This document shows positions 32,254-43,652 of a DNA stretch of 64,000 nucleotides, one piece after another; position 1 is the stretch's first letter, and the number at the start of each line of letters is the position of its first letter. Under the pieces are notes generated by a model. That model saw only the letters and a list, made by a program, of their open reading frames with translations, made no database searches and was not told the DNA's origin. The stretch covers positions 2,880,001-2,944,000 of the forward strand of contig OY820591.1 in the NCBI GenBank assembly GCA_963555985.3. Reading direction: 5' to 3'. Made by a program: the position numbers and the translations under genes. This stretch comes from Dehalococcoidia bacterium. GTDB lineage: Bacteria > Chloroflexota > Dehalococcoidia > Bin125.

Positions 32254-33141
32254 ATGGTCGTTGAGACCGCGACGCAGACAGTGAAGTCAGGCCTGGCCCA
32301 GATGCTCAAGGGCGGCGTGATCATGGACGTGGTCACGCCCGAACACGCGCGGATCGCTCAGGAGGCCGGAGCCTGTTCGGTGATGGCGCTGGAGCGCGTT
32401 CCCGCCGACATTCGCAAGACCGGCGGCGTCGCCCGCATGAGCGACCCTTCCTTGATTCGCGGCATCATCGACGCCGTTTCGATTCCGGTCATGGCCAAAG
32501 TGCGAATCGGACACTTCGTCGAAGCCTCGATCCTCGAAGCGCTGGGTGTCGATTACATCGACGAGTCCGAAGTGCTCACGCCCGCCGACGAGCACTTCCA
32601 CATCAACAAGCACGAGTTCGCCGTGCCCTTCGTCTGCGGTTGCCGCGATCTGGGCGAAGCCCTGCGCCGGATCGCCGAGGGCGCGGCCATGATCCGCACT
32701 AAGGGCGAAGCCGGCACCGGCAACATCGTCGAAGCGGTGCGCCATATGCGCGCCGTCCAGGGCGAAATCCGCCGCTTGCAGGGCATGGGCGACGAAGAGC
32801 TCGTCTCCTACGCCCGCGACATCGGCGCGCCCGTCGAGCTCGTGCGCCAGACCCGCGAAGCGGGACGCCTGCCCGTGGTCAACTTCGCCGCCGGCGGCGT
32901 CGCCACGCCCGCCGACGCCGCCCTGATGATGCGCCTGGGCGCAGACGGCGTCTTCGTGGGCAGCGGCATCTTCAAGTCCCAGGAGCCGGCGCGCATGGCC
33001 GAAGCAATCGTCCGCGCCGTCACTCACTACGAAGACGACGACGTGCTGGCCGAAGTCTCAACCAACCTGCCCCAGGCGATGCCCGGACTCGAACTCGCGG
33101 AAATCCCCGAACCCGAGCTGCTCGCCAAGCGCGGCTGGTAA
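32254..33141 (+). CDS. pdxS: PLP synthase subunit PdxS
   Basis: [32 protein letters not shown]. Confidence 0.98.
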   Translation: MVVETATQTVKSGLAQMLKGGVIMDVVTPEHARIAQEAGACSVMALERVPADIRKTGGVARMSDPSLIRGIIDAVSIPVMAKVRIGHFVEASILEALGVDYIDESEVLTPADEHFHINKHEFAVPFVCGCRDLGEALRRIAEGAAMIRTKGEAGTGNIVEAVRHMRAVQGEIRRLQGMGDEELVSYARDIGAPVELVRQTREAGRLPVVNFAAGGVATPADAALMMRLGADGVFVGSGIFKSQEPARMAEAIVRAVTHYEDDDVLAEVSTNLPQAMPGLELAEIPEPELLAKRGW

Positions 33142-33166
33142 CGGCAGAGGAGACCACGCAACCACC

Positions 33167-33811
33167 TTGACCCGCTCGAGCCAGCCCGACAATCCCACAG
33201 TGGTGGGAGTACTCGCCCTCCAGGGCGACTTCGCCGAGCACGCGGCCAGTCTGCGCCGGATCGGCGCGACTCCGCTTGAAGTCCGCACCCGCGCACAACT
33301 CGAACAGGTCGACGGCCTGATCATCCCCGGCGGCGAGAGCACGACCATCTCGCGCTTGATGATCCAGTACGACCTGCGCGAGCCGATCATCTGTCTGGGA
33401 CGAGACGGCTTCCCGATCTGGGGCACCTGCGCCGGCGCGATCCTGCTGGCCACCGAAATCGAGACGCTCGATCGCCCCGCCCTGCATCTGCTCCCGATGA
33501 CGATCGAGCGCAACGCTTACGGCCGCCAGATCGACTCGTTCGAAGCAGATCTGCCCAGCGCCGCTCTCGGCGGCCCGCCTCTGCACGCAATCTTCATTCG
33601 CGCCCCCCGCATCCGCGCGGTAGACCCGGACGTGGATGTGCTCCTCAGCCTCGAAGATGAGCCGGTCGCCGTACAGTACGGATCCCTGATGGCGAGCACC
33701 TTCCACCCCGAACTGACCAACGACGGCCGCCTGCACGCGCGCTTCGCCGCACTCTGCGCGGAACAGCGCGATCGACGATGGAATCGAGAGCAATGGCTGA
33801 ACCGCTGTTGA
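33167..33811 (+). CDS. pdxT: PLP synthase glutaminase PdxT
   Basis: GVLALQGDF, PGGESTT, GTCAG, FHPEL. Confidence 0.97.
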   Translation: MTRSSQPDNPTVVGVLALQGDFAEHAASLRRIGATPLEVRTRAQLEQVDGLIIPGGESTTISRLMIQYDLREPIICLGRDGFPIWGTCAGAILLATEIETLDRPALHLLPMTIERNAYGRQIDSFEADLPSAALGGPPLHAIFIRAPRIRAVDPDVDVLLSLEDEPVAVQYGSLMASTFHPELTNDGRLHARFAALCAEQRDRRWNREQWLNRC

Positions 33812-35445
33812 CCACCCTCCCCCAGGCGCAGCAGGCGGACGACCTCACCGCCCTGCTCGCCACCCTGCCCGCCGACATCTGCGCCGCAATCGACGCGCAC
33901 GGCGACCGCAACGGCCTGCTCGAAGTCGTGCTCGACCTCGGACGCGCGCCCCAGGCCCGCTTCCTCGACGGTGAGTTCGACCTCAGCGAGCGCGAAGTCA
34001 CCGCCGCCGACCTTCAGGCCGTGGTCGCTCAACTCGGCGAATTCGGAGCCGACAACCGCGCCGGCATCCCCCGCACCCTGCATCGGATCGCCTGCATCCG
34101 CAACCGCCAGCAGCTGATCGTGGGACTCACCATGCGCGTCGGACGCGCCGTCTCCGGCTCGGTCGCCGTGATCCAGGATTACGTCGACGCGGGCGCTTCG
34201 ATCCTGCTGCTCGGACGCCCGGGCGTGGGCAAGACCACGCTCTTGCGCGAGGTCGCCCGCGTGCTCGCCGAGCAGGGCAAGCGTGTGATCATCGTCGATA
34301 CCTCCAACGAGATCGGCGGCGACGGCGACATTCCCCACGCCGGCATCGGCCGCGCCCGCCGAATGCAGGTCCAGCGCCCCGAATTGCAGCACGCCGTGAT
34401 GGTCGAAGCGGTCGAAAATCACATGCCCGAAGTGATCGTGATCGATGAGATCGGGACCGAACTCGAAGCCCAGGCCGCCCGCACCATCGCCGAGCGCGGC
34501 GTCCAACTGGTCGCCACCGCGCACGGCAACACGCTCGCCAACCTGATGCTCAACCCGACCCTCGTCGATCTGATCGGCGGCATCCAGACCGTCACCCTCT
34601 CCGACGAAGAGGCGCGGCGGCGCGGTACGCGCAAATCGGTGCTGGAGCGCAAAGCGCCGCCGACCTTTGAGGCGCTGGTCGAGATTCAGTCGTTCAACCG
34701 CGTCGCGCTGCACTCCCACCTCGACGCAACCGTGGACGCCTTGCTGCGCGGCGAAACGGTGGAGGCGGAGATCCGCGAACTCGACGACGAGGGCGGCGTG
34801 CATATCCGCGCGGGCACCTCGGTCGCAGGCGGCGTGGAGAGCGCATCCAACGAGTTCTTCGCCCGCGCCTTCGCCGACAACCACGCCGGCGGCGGCAACG
34901 GCGCTCCCGCATACGCCTCATCCGCGACTCCCCTGCGCCGCCGCTCCGGCCGCGCCCAGCGCCCTCCCCTGGGCGCGGCGGCGCAACCGCACCAGAAGCT
35001 CTATCCGATCGGCGTCTCCCTCTCACGCCTGCGCGAAGCGGTGCGCGAAAGCGGCGCCAACGTCTCGATCGCCGAGCGGGTCGAAGAGGCCGACGTAGTA
35101 ATGACCCTGCGCTCGGCCTTCCGCCGCCGCCCGCCCGAACTGCGCCTGGCCGAATCGCGCCGCCTGCCCGTCGTCGTGCTCAAGCACAACACGGTCTTGC
35201 AGATGGAGCAAAGCCTGCGCGCGCTCTCACGCGGCGCCTCCCCCGACGACGCCGTCTCCGCCGCTCTCTCCGAAGCCGAAGACGCCATCTCCGCGATCCA
35301 CTCCGGCCAGCAGTCCTCCGTCGATCTCACCCCTCAAAACCCCTACATCCGCAAGCTCCAACACCAACTCGCCAGCGATCAAGCCCTCACCTCCACCAGC
35401 AAAGGCCGAGAACCAAACCGCCGCGTCCGCATCCACGCCAACTAA
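33793..35445 (+). CDS. SpoIIIAA/Ycf45-like AAA ATPase with C-terminal R3H domain
   Basis: GRPGVGKTT, DTSNEIGGDG, ENHMPEVIVIDEIG, IRKLQH...GREPNRRV. Confidence 0.9.
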   Translation: MAEPLLTTLPQAQQADDLTALLATLPADICAAIDAHGDRNGLLEVVLDLGRAPQARFLDGEFDLSEREVTAADLQAVVAQLGEFGADNRAGIPRTLHRIACIRNRQQLIVGLTMRVGRAVSGSVAVIQDYVDAGASILLLGRPGVGKTTLLREVARVLAEQGKRVIIVDTSNEIGGDGDIPHAGIGRARRMQVQRPELQHAVMVEAVENHMPEVIVIDEIGTELEAQAARTIAERGVQLVATAHGNTLANLMLNPTLVDLIGGIQTVTLSDEEARRRGTRKSVLERKAPPTFEALVEIQSFNRVALHSHLDATVDALLRGETVEAEIRELDDEGGVHIRAGTSVAGGVESASNEFFARAFADNHAGGGNGAPAYASSATPLRRRSGRAQRPPLGAAAQPHQKLYPIGVSLSRLREAVRESGANVSIAERVEEADVVMTLRSAFRRRPPELRLAESRRLPVVVLKHNTVLQMEQSLRALSRGASPDDAVSAALSEAEDAISAIHSGQQSSVDLTPQNPYIRKLQHQLASDQALTSTSKGREPNRRVRIHAN

Positions 35446-35499
35446 CCCCGTCGACCTCCACTCCCCCCCCACCCGCCTCCAGCTTCGTAGGCCGGATCG

Positions 35500-35840
35500 C
35501 TCTCCCCCCTTGAGGAGAGTTGCGCGTAAATCACATTCCCGTTGCTCTCGTCATTCCAGCGAACGCTGGAATCTCGCTCCGACCAGATAGTCCACAATTC
35601 CGGACGAGATTCCAGGTCAAGCCTGGAATGACGGAATCCGGGATTACGCGCAGGTCTCCTTGAGGGGGAGATGCCCCAACGGGGCAGAGGGGGTGAAAAC
35701 GCTCCAATCCTCTCTCCCTTCGCAGAGACCGCCGCAAAAGTCCCCTCCCCCCGCACCACGGGGGATGTCACAAAGCCAAGTTCCCCTCTCCCCCCCTTGC
35801 GGGGGGAGATGTCACGTAGTGACAGAGGGGGGGTCCTCTG
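35500..35840. repeat. REP island
   Basis: TCTCCCCC..GGGGGAGATG(C/T)C...CAGAGGGGG units. Confidence 0.88.
35515..35658 (+). mobile_element. 144-bp MITE (diverged TIRs) with 6-bp TSD
   Basis: CTTGAG[GAGAGTTGCGCGTAA...TTACGCGCAGGTCTC]CTTGAG; interior homologous to 4258-4398. Confidence 0.8.
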
Positions 35841-36050
35841 CCCTTGAGCAGCTGAGATCGCGCGGTAACGGAGAGCCCCCCAAAACCCAACTGTGACCCC
35901 CGCAACACTCCGTCCCGCCACAGAACGCCCGTCCGTATATGATCAACCGCACCAAACTCCCCGTCCGCCGCCAACGGAACCCGCCATGACCGCCAACACA
36001 CATCTGGACTACCCAAGACAAACCGCGATTCACACTCACGTTTCCGAGAC

Positions 36051-36100
36051 AAATCGAGACAGATCTGGACGAATCTGGACAAATCTGGACAAATCCGGAC
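36051..36100 (+). repeat. 10-bp tandem repeat (RRATCTGGAC x5)
   Basis: aaatcgagac agatctggac gaatctggac aaatctggac aaatccggac. Confidence 0.8.
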
Positions 36101-36185
36101 TACCCCCGAGTGAATTCCCCCCATTTCACCGCTTATTCCGCTTCTGCGCCCCAAATTTCTTTACTGAACCTTCCAGGCAGGCGGG

Positions 36186-36845
36186 ATGTCTCCCATGACG
36201 CACTCCCCGCCCAACTCCGGCAGTACCTGCTTCATCACCATCGAAGGCGGCGAGGGCGCCGGCAAGACCACGCTGGCCCAGGCGCTGGCGGAGCGGCTGC
36301 GCGCGCAGGGCCGCTCCGTGCGCCTGACCCGCGAACCCGGCGGCTCTGCGCTCGGCCAGGCGCTGCGCACGCTGGTGCTCGACCCCCAACTGCAACTCAC
36401 CGATTGGAGCGAGACCTGCCTCTTCCTCGCCGATCGCGGCGCAAATGTCGAGGGTGTCATTCGTCCCGCTCTGGCGGCCGGTGAGATCGTGTTCTGCGAC
36501 CGCTATCTCGATTCGACTCTGGCCTACCAGGGCTACGGACGCGGCCTGGATCTCGGTCTGCTCCGTCGCCTCAACGAAGCGGTGACCGGCGGACTCTTAC
36601 CCGAGCTCACCCTGCTGCTCGATCTCCCGCCCGAACTGGGCTTGGCCCGCACCCGCGCCCGATCCGATCCGGGCGACCGCATCGGCGACGCCGCGTTCGC
36701 CTTCCACCAGCGCGTCAATGCCGGCTTTCGCGCGCTGGCGGAGGCGGAACCGTCGCGCATCCGAGTGATCGACGCGACTCAATCAGCTCAAGATGTGCTC
36801 CGCGATGCATGGCTTCTGGTAGAGCGATGCACGGCGCGCGCCTAA
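36186..36845 (+). CDS. tmk: Thymidylate kinase
   Basis: FITIEGGEGAGKTT, TREPGG, CDRYLDSTLAYQG. Confidence 0.96.
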   Translation: MSPMTHSPPNSGSTCFITIEGGEGAGKTTLAQALAERLRAQGRSVRLTREPGGSALGQALRTLVLDPQLQLTDWSETCLFLADRGANVEGVIRPALAAGEIVFCDRYLDSTLAYQGYGRGLDLGLLRRLNEAVTGGLLPELTLLLDLPPELGLARTRARSDPGDRIGDAAFAFHQRVNAGFRALAEAEPSRIRVIDATQSAQDVLRDAWLLVERCTARA

Positions 36846-36857
36846 ACTGAAATTGCG

Positions 36858-37762
36858 ATGACAACACCTCCCGAAGCGACCCCCGGCGAGCGCGTGACCG
36901 TGCGCGTGCCCGCCTCTACCGCCAATCTGGGCACGGGTTTCGACGCCGCCGGCGTCGCGCTCCAGCGCTACGCCACGATCACCGTCTCGATCGACAGCGG
37001 CGACGAGGGCGATCGCTCGCCCATGAGCCGCCACGTGCGCAAGGCCGTGCGCGCCGTCTACCGCCATTTGGGCGGCGATCGGCCCGATCAGGACCAGATC
37101 GAAGTCGTGGTCGACACGAATATCCCGCTCGGCCGCGGCCTCGGCGCGAGCGCCGCCTCGCGCGGGGCCGGAATAGTCGCCGCCAACGCGCTGCTGGGCA
37201 GCCCGCTTGACGATCAGGAGCTACTCGAACTGGGCGCATCCCTGGAGGGCCACGCCGACAACATCGCGCCCGCCCTCTTTGGCGGCTGTCAGATCGTGGC
37301 GATGGACGGATCGCGCGTGACGAGAGTCGCCCTGCCGGTCGCGGACGGTCTGCGTTTCGTCGGTTTTACGCCCAGTTTCAACATGTCCACCAAGAAGGGC
37401 CGCGCATTGCTGCCCGAAAGCCTGTCGCGCGCCGACGCCGTCCACAACAGCTGCCGCTCGGCGCTCTTGACCGCCGCGCTCGCCACCGGTTCCTGGGACG
37501 CCTTGGCGGAGGCCGTGGACGACCGCTTGCATCAGCGTCCGCGCAGCGCGCTCTTCCCCACGATGTTCGAGTTCTTCGACGCCGCCGTCGCCGGCGGCGC
37601 CTGGGCCGCCTATCTCTCCGGCGGCGGCTCCACCCTGATGGCCTTGGCCGGCGAAGAAGCCGCGCCGAGCGTGCTCACCGCCTTCGAGCAAGCAGCTGCC
37701 GCCCGCAGCATCGGCGGGCAGGGCTTCATCACCGCAATGGACACCAGCGGGGCGACCATTCT

Positions 37763-37766
<4 letters not shown>
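36858..37766 (+). CDS. thrB: Homoserine kinase
   Basis: VPASTANLG.GFD, PLGRGLGASA, EGHADN, SGGGST. Confidence 0.95.
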
Positions 37767-38986
<1,220 letters not shown>

Positions 38987-39098
38987 CAGAACCTCTCCAC
39001 TGACGAATTTCACCTCGGATTGAAGCAGGCCGCAGCGGCAACAGCGACAGTAGGCGAGGGCGTCGCGCCCCCTCCCTACCATGCGCTGAGGGCTGCCC

Positions 39099-42000
39099 AT
39101 GTTCGCGCACCTGCACACCCACACCGAGTACTCCGAACTCGACGGTCTCTCCAAGATCGCCGCCCTGACCGCCCGCGCCAAGCGCTTGGGCCAGGACTCG
39201 CTCGCGATCACCGATCACGGCAATCTCTACGGGGCGATTGAGTTCTACCGCGCGGCCAGGTCCGAGGGTCTGCGTCCGGTCTTGGGCATGGAGGCTTACG
39301 TCGCGCCCGGCGACCGGCGCGACCGCGAGGCCGGACGCGAGGCCGCAACCAACGCCTACCACCTGGTGCTGCTGGCCGAGAACAACACTGGCTGGCGCAA
39401 CCTGATTCAGCTCTCAACGCGCGCCCATCTGGAGGGCTTCTACTACCGCCCGCGCGTCGACCGCGAACTGCTGGCCGAGTACAGCGAGGGCGTGATCGTG
39501 CTCTCCGGCTGTCCCTCAAGCGAACTCCAGCGGGCGCTGCAAGACGACGATCTGGAACAGGCGCACCGGATCGCGGCCTGGTACCGCGAGACCTTCGGCG
39601 ACCGCTACTACCTCGAGATCCAGCGTCACGACAAGCTGCCCCAGTTCGAGCCGGCCCTGAAGCACACCGTGCAGATGTCGCACGATCTCGGCGTTCCGCT
39701 GGTGGCGACTCAGGACGCGCACTACTGCGAGCCCGGCGACCACGACGCGCACGATCTCCTGCTCTGCATCGGCACCAACGCGCAACGCGCGGACGAGAAG
39801 CGCTTCCGCTTCGACGGCGAGGACTTCTACCTCACCGACGAGGACTACATGACGCGCCAGTTCGCCGATCTGCCCGAAGCGGTGAGCAACACCCAACTCG
39901 TCGCCGAACGCTGCCAGGTCGAGCTCGATTTCGACCGTCTACGCCTGCCCCAGCCCGACATCCCCGAGGGCATGACCGCATTGGAGCATCTCACCGATCT
40001 CGCCTGGCGCGGGCTGGAGCAGCGCTACCGCGCCCCCACGCCCGTACATGAAGACCGCTTGCGCTACGAGCTGCATGTGATCGAGCAGACTGGCTTCGCC
40101 GAGTACTTCTTGATCGTGATGGACTTCTCCCACTTCGCCCGCGAGCGGGAGATCGCGAAAGCAGTGCGCGGCAGCGCCGCCGCGAGCCTGGTGCTCTACT
40201 GCCTCGGCATCACCGATATCGACCCGATCGAGCACTCGCTCGTCTTCGAGCGCTTTCTCAATCTCGAGCGCCGCGAGATGCCCGATATCGACATGGACTT
40301 CGCCGACAACCGGCGCGACGAAGTGATCCGCTATGTCGCCGAGAAGTACGGACGTGACCGCGTAGCCCAGATCATCACCTTCGGCACCTTGGGCGCGAAG
40401 GCGGCGATCCGCGATTCGGCGCGCGCGCTGGGGATTCCCTTGAGCGAGACCAACCGCGTGGCGCAGATGGTGCCGAACCAACTGAATATCTCGGTGGCGG
40501 ACGCGATCGCGCAGTCGTCCGAGCTGCGAGGCGCGCGGGATGCGGATCCGCTGATCGCGGAGTTGCTGTCCTACGCGCAGCGGCTGAACGGGGTAGTGCG
40601 CAACACGAGCACACACGCGGCGGGCGTGGTGATCTCACAGGAACCGCTGGCCGAGAACGTGCCTCTGCGCCGCCCCGTGAGCGAAAGCGAGGGCGACGGC
40701 TGGATTCCGATGACCCAGTGGGGCATGGACGAGGTCGCGGCCGTCGGTCTCCTGAAGATGGACTTTCTCGGTCTAACCAATCTCACGATTCTCGAGGAAG
40801 CAGTCGAGCTCGTGCGCGAACATGAGGGGATCGAGATCGATTATCTCGCGCTGGCCGACGGCGATCCTGCGACCTGCGAGATGCTCGCACGAGGCGATAC
40901 GTTCGGCGTCTTTCAGCTTGAATCGGGTGGAATGCGGCGCGTGGTGGTTGATCTCCAACCGACCTCGATCCGCGACCTCGCCGCGCTGCTCGCGCTCTAC
41001 CGTCCCGGCCCGATGGAGCACATCCCGCGCTTCATCGAAAGCCGCCACGGACGCGCCCGCGTGACCTATCCCCACCGTGATCTGGGCGAGATTCTCGACG
41101 ACACCTATGGGGTCATCGTTTACCAGGACCAGGTGCTGCACATCGCCCGCAAGTTCGCCGGCTACACGCTGGGTCAGGCCGATGTGATGCGCAAGGCGAT
41201 GGGCAAGAAGATCGCCTCGGTGATGCAGGCCGAACGCGGCAACTTCGTCAATGGCGCGGTCGCACAGGGCTATTCCCAGCGCGACGCGGATACGATCTTC
41301 GAGTTGATCGAGCCGTTCGCCGGTTACGCCTTCAATAAGGCGCACGCGGTCTCCTACGCCGCGATCGCCTATCAGACCGCTTGGTTCAAGGCGAATCACT
41401 CGGCTCCCTACATGGCGGCTGTACTGCGCGCCGCTTCGGGCAACAGCGACCGCGTGCGAGCAGCCGCGGCTGAGTGCGGACGGCTCGATATTCCCCTGCT
41501 GCCGCCCGACATCAACCGCTCGCAAAAGACCTTTGCGCTCGAGCGCATGGCCGACGGTCGCAGCGCGATCCGGTTTGGTCTGGGCACGATCAAGAACGTT
41601 GGCATGGGTGCGGTGGAGCCGCTGATCGAAGAGCGAGAGGCGAACGGGCCGTTGCAGGGATTTGCCGACCTCTGCGACCGGATCGACGCCAAATCGCTCA
41701 ACCGGCGCGCGCTCGAATCGTTGGCCAAGGCGGGCGCGTTCGACAGCATCGCGCCGCGCGGGCCGATGGTCGCGGCAGCCGAAGACATTCTGAAGCGAGC
41801 GCGCCGGGCGCAGGAACTGCGCGACAGCGGGCAGATGTCGATGTTCGACATCTTCGGGCAGGAAGTAGACACGCCCACGCCGGAAGTGGCGCTCTCCGAG
41901 GAGATCGACGCGACGCCGCAGGAGCAGCTGCACTGGGAGCGGGAGCTACTGGGGACATACGTCTCGCAGCATCCCCTGCAAGCCGCCGAACGCGCCTTAC

Positions 42001-42743
42001 AGGGACGTCTCGATGCGCAACTCGTCGAGCTGACCGAGGACATGGCGGGACGCACGGTGACGGTGGCGGGATTGGTCAACAGCGTGCGGATGCTGACGAC
42101 CCGCAAGGGCGACACATTCTGCGCCGTGACGCTCGAAGATTTGTCCGGCTCGGCTGAATTGACGGTCTGGCCCGAGCAATACCGCGCGACCAAAGAGATT
42201 TGGGAACAGAACAAGATCGTGGTGGCGACGGTCTCGATCCGAAGCCGGAATGATCGCCTGACGATCGCCGTCGATCGGGCGGACGCTTGGAACGAGGATG
42301 CCGGTCCGGCGGCGATCGAAGCGCCGCCCGAATTGCCGGCGCTGCCTGCTCCGCCGGCGGCGTTGCCCGCCCCCGCGCCGATTCCGCCGCCCCCACCTCC
42401 GCCAGCAGCGTCAGCGCCGCCGCCGTCGGCGGCGAGCGGCGGCACGACTGGGCCGGCGCTCTGGATCACGATTCAAGAGTCGGACGATGCGGAGACCGAC
42501 CGCGGGCTGATGGAGCGGCTGGAGCACTTGTTGCGCGGAGTGCCGGGCGAGCACGCCGTCTTCCTCCGCATTCAGACGAGCGGCGGCGAAGAGGTCGTTC
42601 TGGCCTGTTCCGATGCCTGGCGCGTCAATGCCTCGTTCGCCACGGTCAGTGTGGTCAATGCGCTGCTGAGCGATCGGGGCAGCGCTGAGCTCGGCTCAGC
42701 TGTGCTGACAGCTCCCAGCGCGGGGGCGGCGGCCGGCGGCTGA
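39099..42743 (+). CDS. dnaE: DNA polymerase III alpha subunit
   Basis: HLHTHTEYS PHP domain, PDIDMDF, KMDFLGL, YAFNKAH, OB fold; Pro-rich linker near the C-terminus. Confidence 0.98.
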   Translation: MFAHLHTHTEYSELDGLSKIAALTARAKRLGQDSLAITDHGNLYGAIEFYRAARSEGLRPVLGMEAYVAPGDRRDREAGREAATNAYHLVLLAENNTGWRNLIQLSTRAHLEGFYYRPRVDRELLAEYSEGVIVLSGCPSSELQRALQDDDLEQAHRIAAWYRETFGDRYYLEIQRHDKLPQFEPALKHTVQMSHDLGVPLVATQDAHYCEPGDHDAHDLLLCIGTNAQRADEKRFRFDGEDFYLTDEDYMTRQFADLPEAVSNTQLVAERCQVELDFDRLRLPQPDIPEGMTALEHLTDLAWRGLEQRYRAPTPVHEDRLRYELHVIEQTGFAEYFLIVMDFSHFAREREIAKAVRGSAAASLVLYCLGITDIDPIEHSLVFERFLNLERREMPDIDMDFADNRRDEVIRYVAEKYGRDRVAQIITFGTLGAKAAIRDSARALGIPLSETNRVAQMVPNQLNISVADAIAQSSELRGARDADPLIAELLSYAQRLNGVVRNTSTHAAGVVISQEPLAENVPLRRPVSESEGDGWIPMTQWGMDEVAAVGLLKMDFLGLTNLTILEEAVELVREHEGIEIDYLALADGDPATCEMLARGDTFGVFQLESGGMRRVVVDLQPTSIRDLAALLALYRPGPMEHIPRFIESRHGRARVTYPHRDLGEILDDTYGVIVYQDQVLHIARKFAGYTLGQADVMRKAMGKKIASVMQAERGNFVNGAVAQGYSQRDADTIFELIEPFAGYAFNKAHAVSYAAIAYQTAWFKANHSAPYMAAVLRAASGNSDRVRAAAAECGRLDIPLLPPDINRSQKTFALERMADGRSAIRFGLGTIKNVGMGAVEPLIEEREANGPLQGFADLCDRIDAKSLNRRALESLAKAGAFDSIAPRGPMVAAAEDILKRARRAQELRDSGQMSMFDIFGQEVDTPTPEVALSEEIDATPQEQLHWERELLGTYVSQHPLQAAERALQGRLDAQLVELTEDMAGRTVTVAGLVNSVRMLTTRKGDTFCAVTLEDLSGSAELTVWPEQYRATKEIWEQNKIVVATVSIRSRNDRLTIAVDRADAWNEDAGPAAIEAPPELPALPAPPAALPAPAPIPPPPPPPAASAPPPSAASGGTTGPALWITIQESDDAETDRGLMERLEHLLRGVPGEHAVFLRIQTSGGEEVVLACSDAWRVNASFATVSVVNALLSDRGSAELGSAVLTAPSAGAAAGG

Positions 42744-42788
42744 GGCGTGATCGAATTCGCGTCCGCCTTATGGCGAGTAGGTGCCTGA

Positions 42789-42832
42789 TTGCATGTTCGG
42801 CATGGTGGTTCTATATTCAATTCATGCCGAAC
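42789..42832 (+). promoter_or_regulatory. Promoter overlapped by 10-bp inverted repeat
   Basis: TTGCAT-N17-TATATT; inverted repeat GTTCGGCATG(42795)/CATGCCGAAC(42823). Confidence 0.6.
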
Positions 42833-43049
42833 GCAAGTCCGTCTCTCGCATTGCCTCGCCGCCGGCTCAGCTGCCGCTCTGCGGTATCTCCGAGTCGCGT
42901 TCGCCGATATGGTGACGACATAGCAAGCAGTTATCGGCGTCATGCACCGCTCCTCCTGTGGGTTGCAGGGAGCGCGTGCATGAGCGATAGCCAAGACGGC
43001 GGCGGTCGCGCATCTTGTGGATCGCTGTCCGCTCAGCGAGGTGATGGCG

Positions 43050-43613
43050 ATGAAAGTCGTGTTCTTCGAAGAGGTCGAGGGCACTGCGCATGTCGGCGAG
43101 ATCAAGGATGTCAAGAACGGCTTTGCGCGCAACTACCTGTTGCCGCGCGGATTGGCCGGGCCGACGACCAAGAACAATCTCGCCCGCGCCGAGCGCTTGG
43201 CCAAGGCCGACGCGATCCGGCAGCAGCGGCTCGACGGCGTTGCCGGCCCGGTGGCGGCGGCGATTACCGGAGCGGAGCTCACCTTCCAGGCTCGCGTGGG
43301 CGAGCAGGGGCGGCTGTTCGGTTCGATTACGGCGCGGGACATCGCCCAGCGGCTCACCGAGCACGCACAGGAGGGCGCGCCCGGCGCCGAGATCGACCAC
43401 CGACAGGTGCAGTTGCCGCAGTCGCTGCGCACGCTGGGCACAGAGGATGTGCGTATCCGCCTGACGCGCAACATCTTCGCCGAAGTGCGCGTCGTGGTCG
43501 AAGCCGATCCCGACAGCTTCGACCTGAGTTTCGAGGAGATCGCCGCTGAAGCTGACGCCGAAGAGGCCGAGGCGGAAGCGGAGGCTGTCGAAGCGGGAGC
43601 GGCGCAGGAGTAA
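43050..43613 (+). CDS. rplI: 50S ribosomal protein L9
   Basis: MKVVF...VKNGFARNYLLP, GRLFGSIT. Confidence 0.96.
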   Translation: MKVVFFEEVEGTAHVGEIKDVKNGFARNYLLPRGLAGPTTKNNLARAERLAKADAIRQQRLDGVAGPVAAAITGAELTFQARVGEQGRLFGSITARDIAQRLTEHAQEGAPGAEIDHRQVQLPQSLRTLGTEDVRIRLTRNIFAEVRVVVEADPDSFDLSFEEIAAEADAEEAEAEAEAVEAGAAQE

Positions 43614-43652
43614 CGCAGGGGCAGCCCGCTGCCCCCGCGAAAGGGGGCAGTC

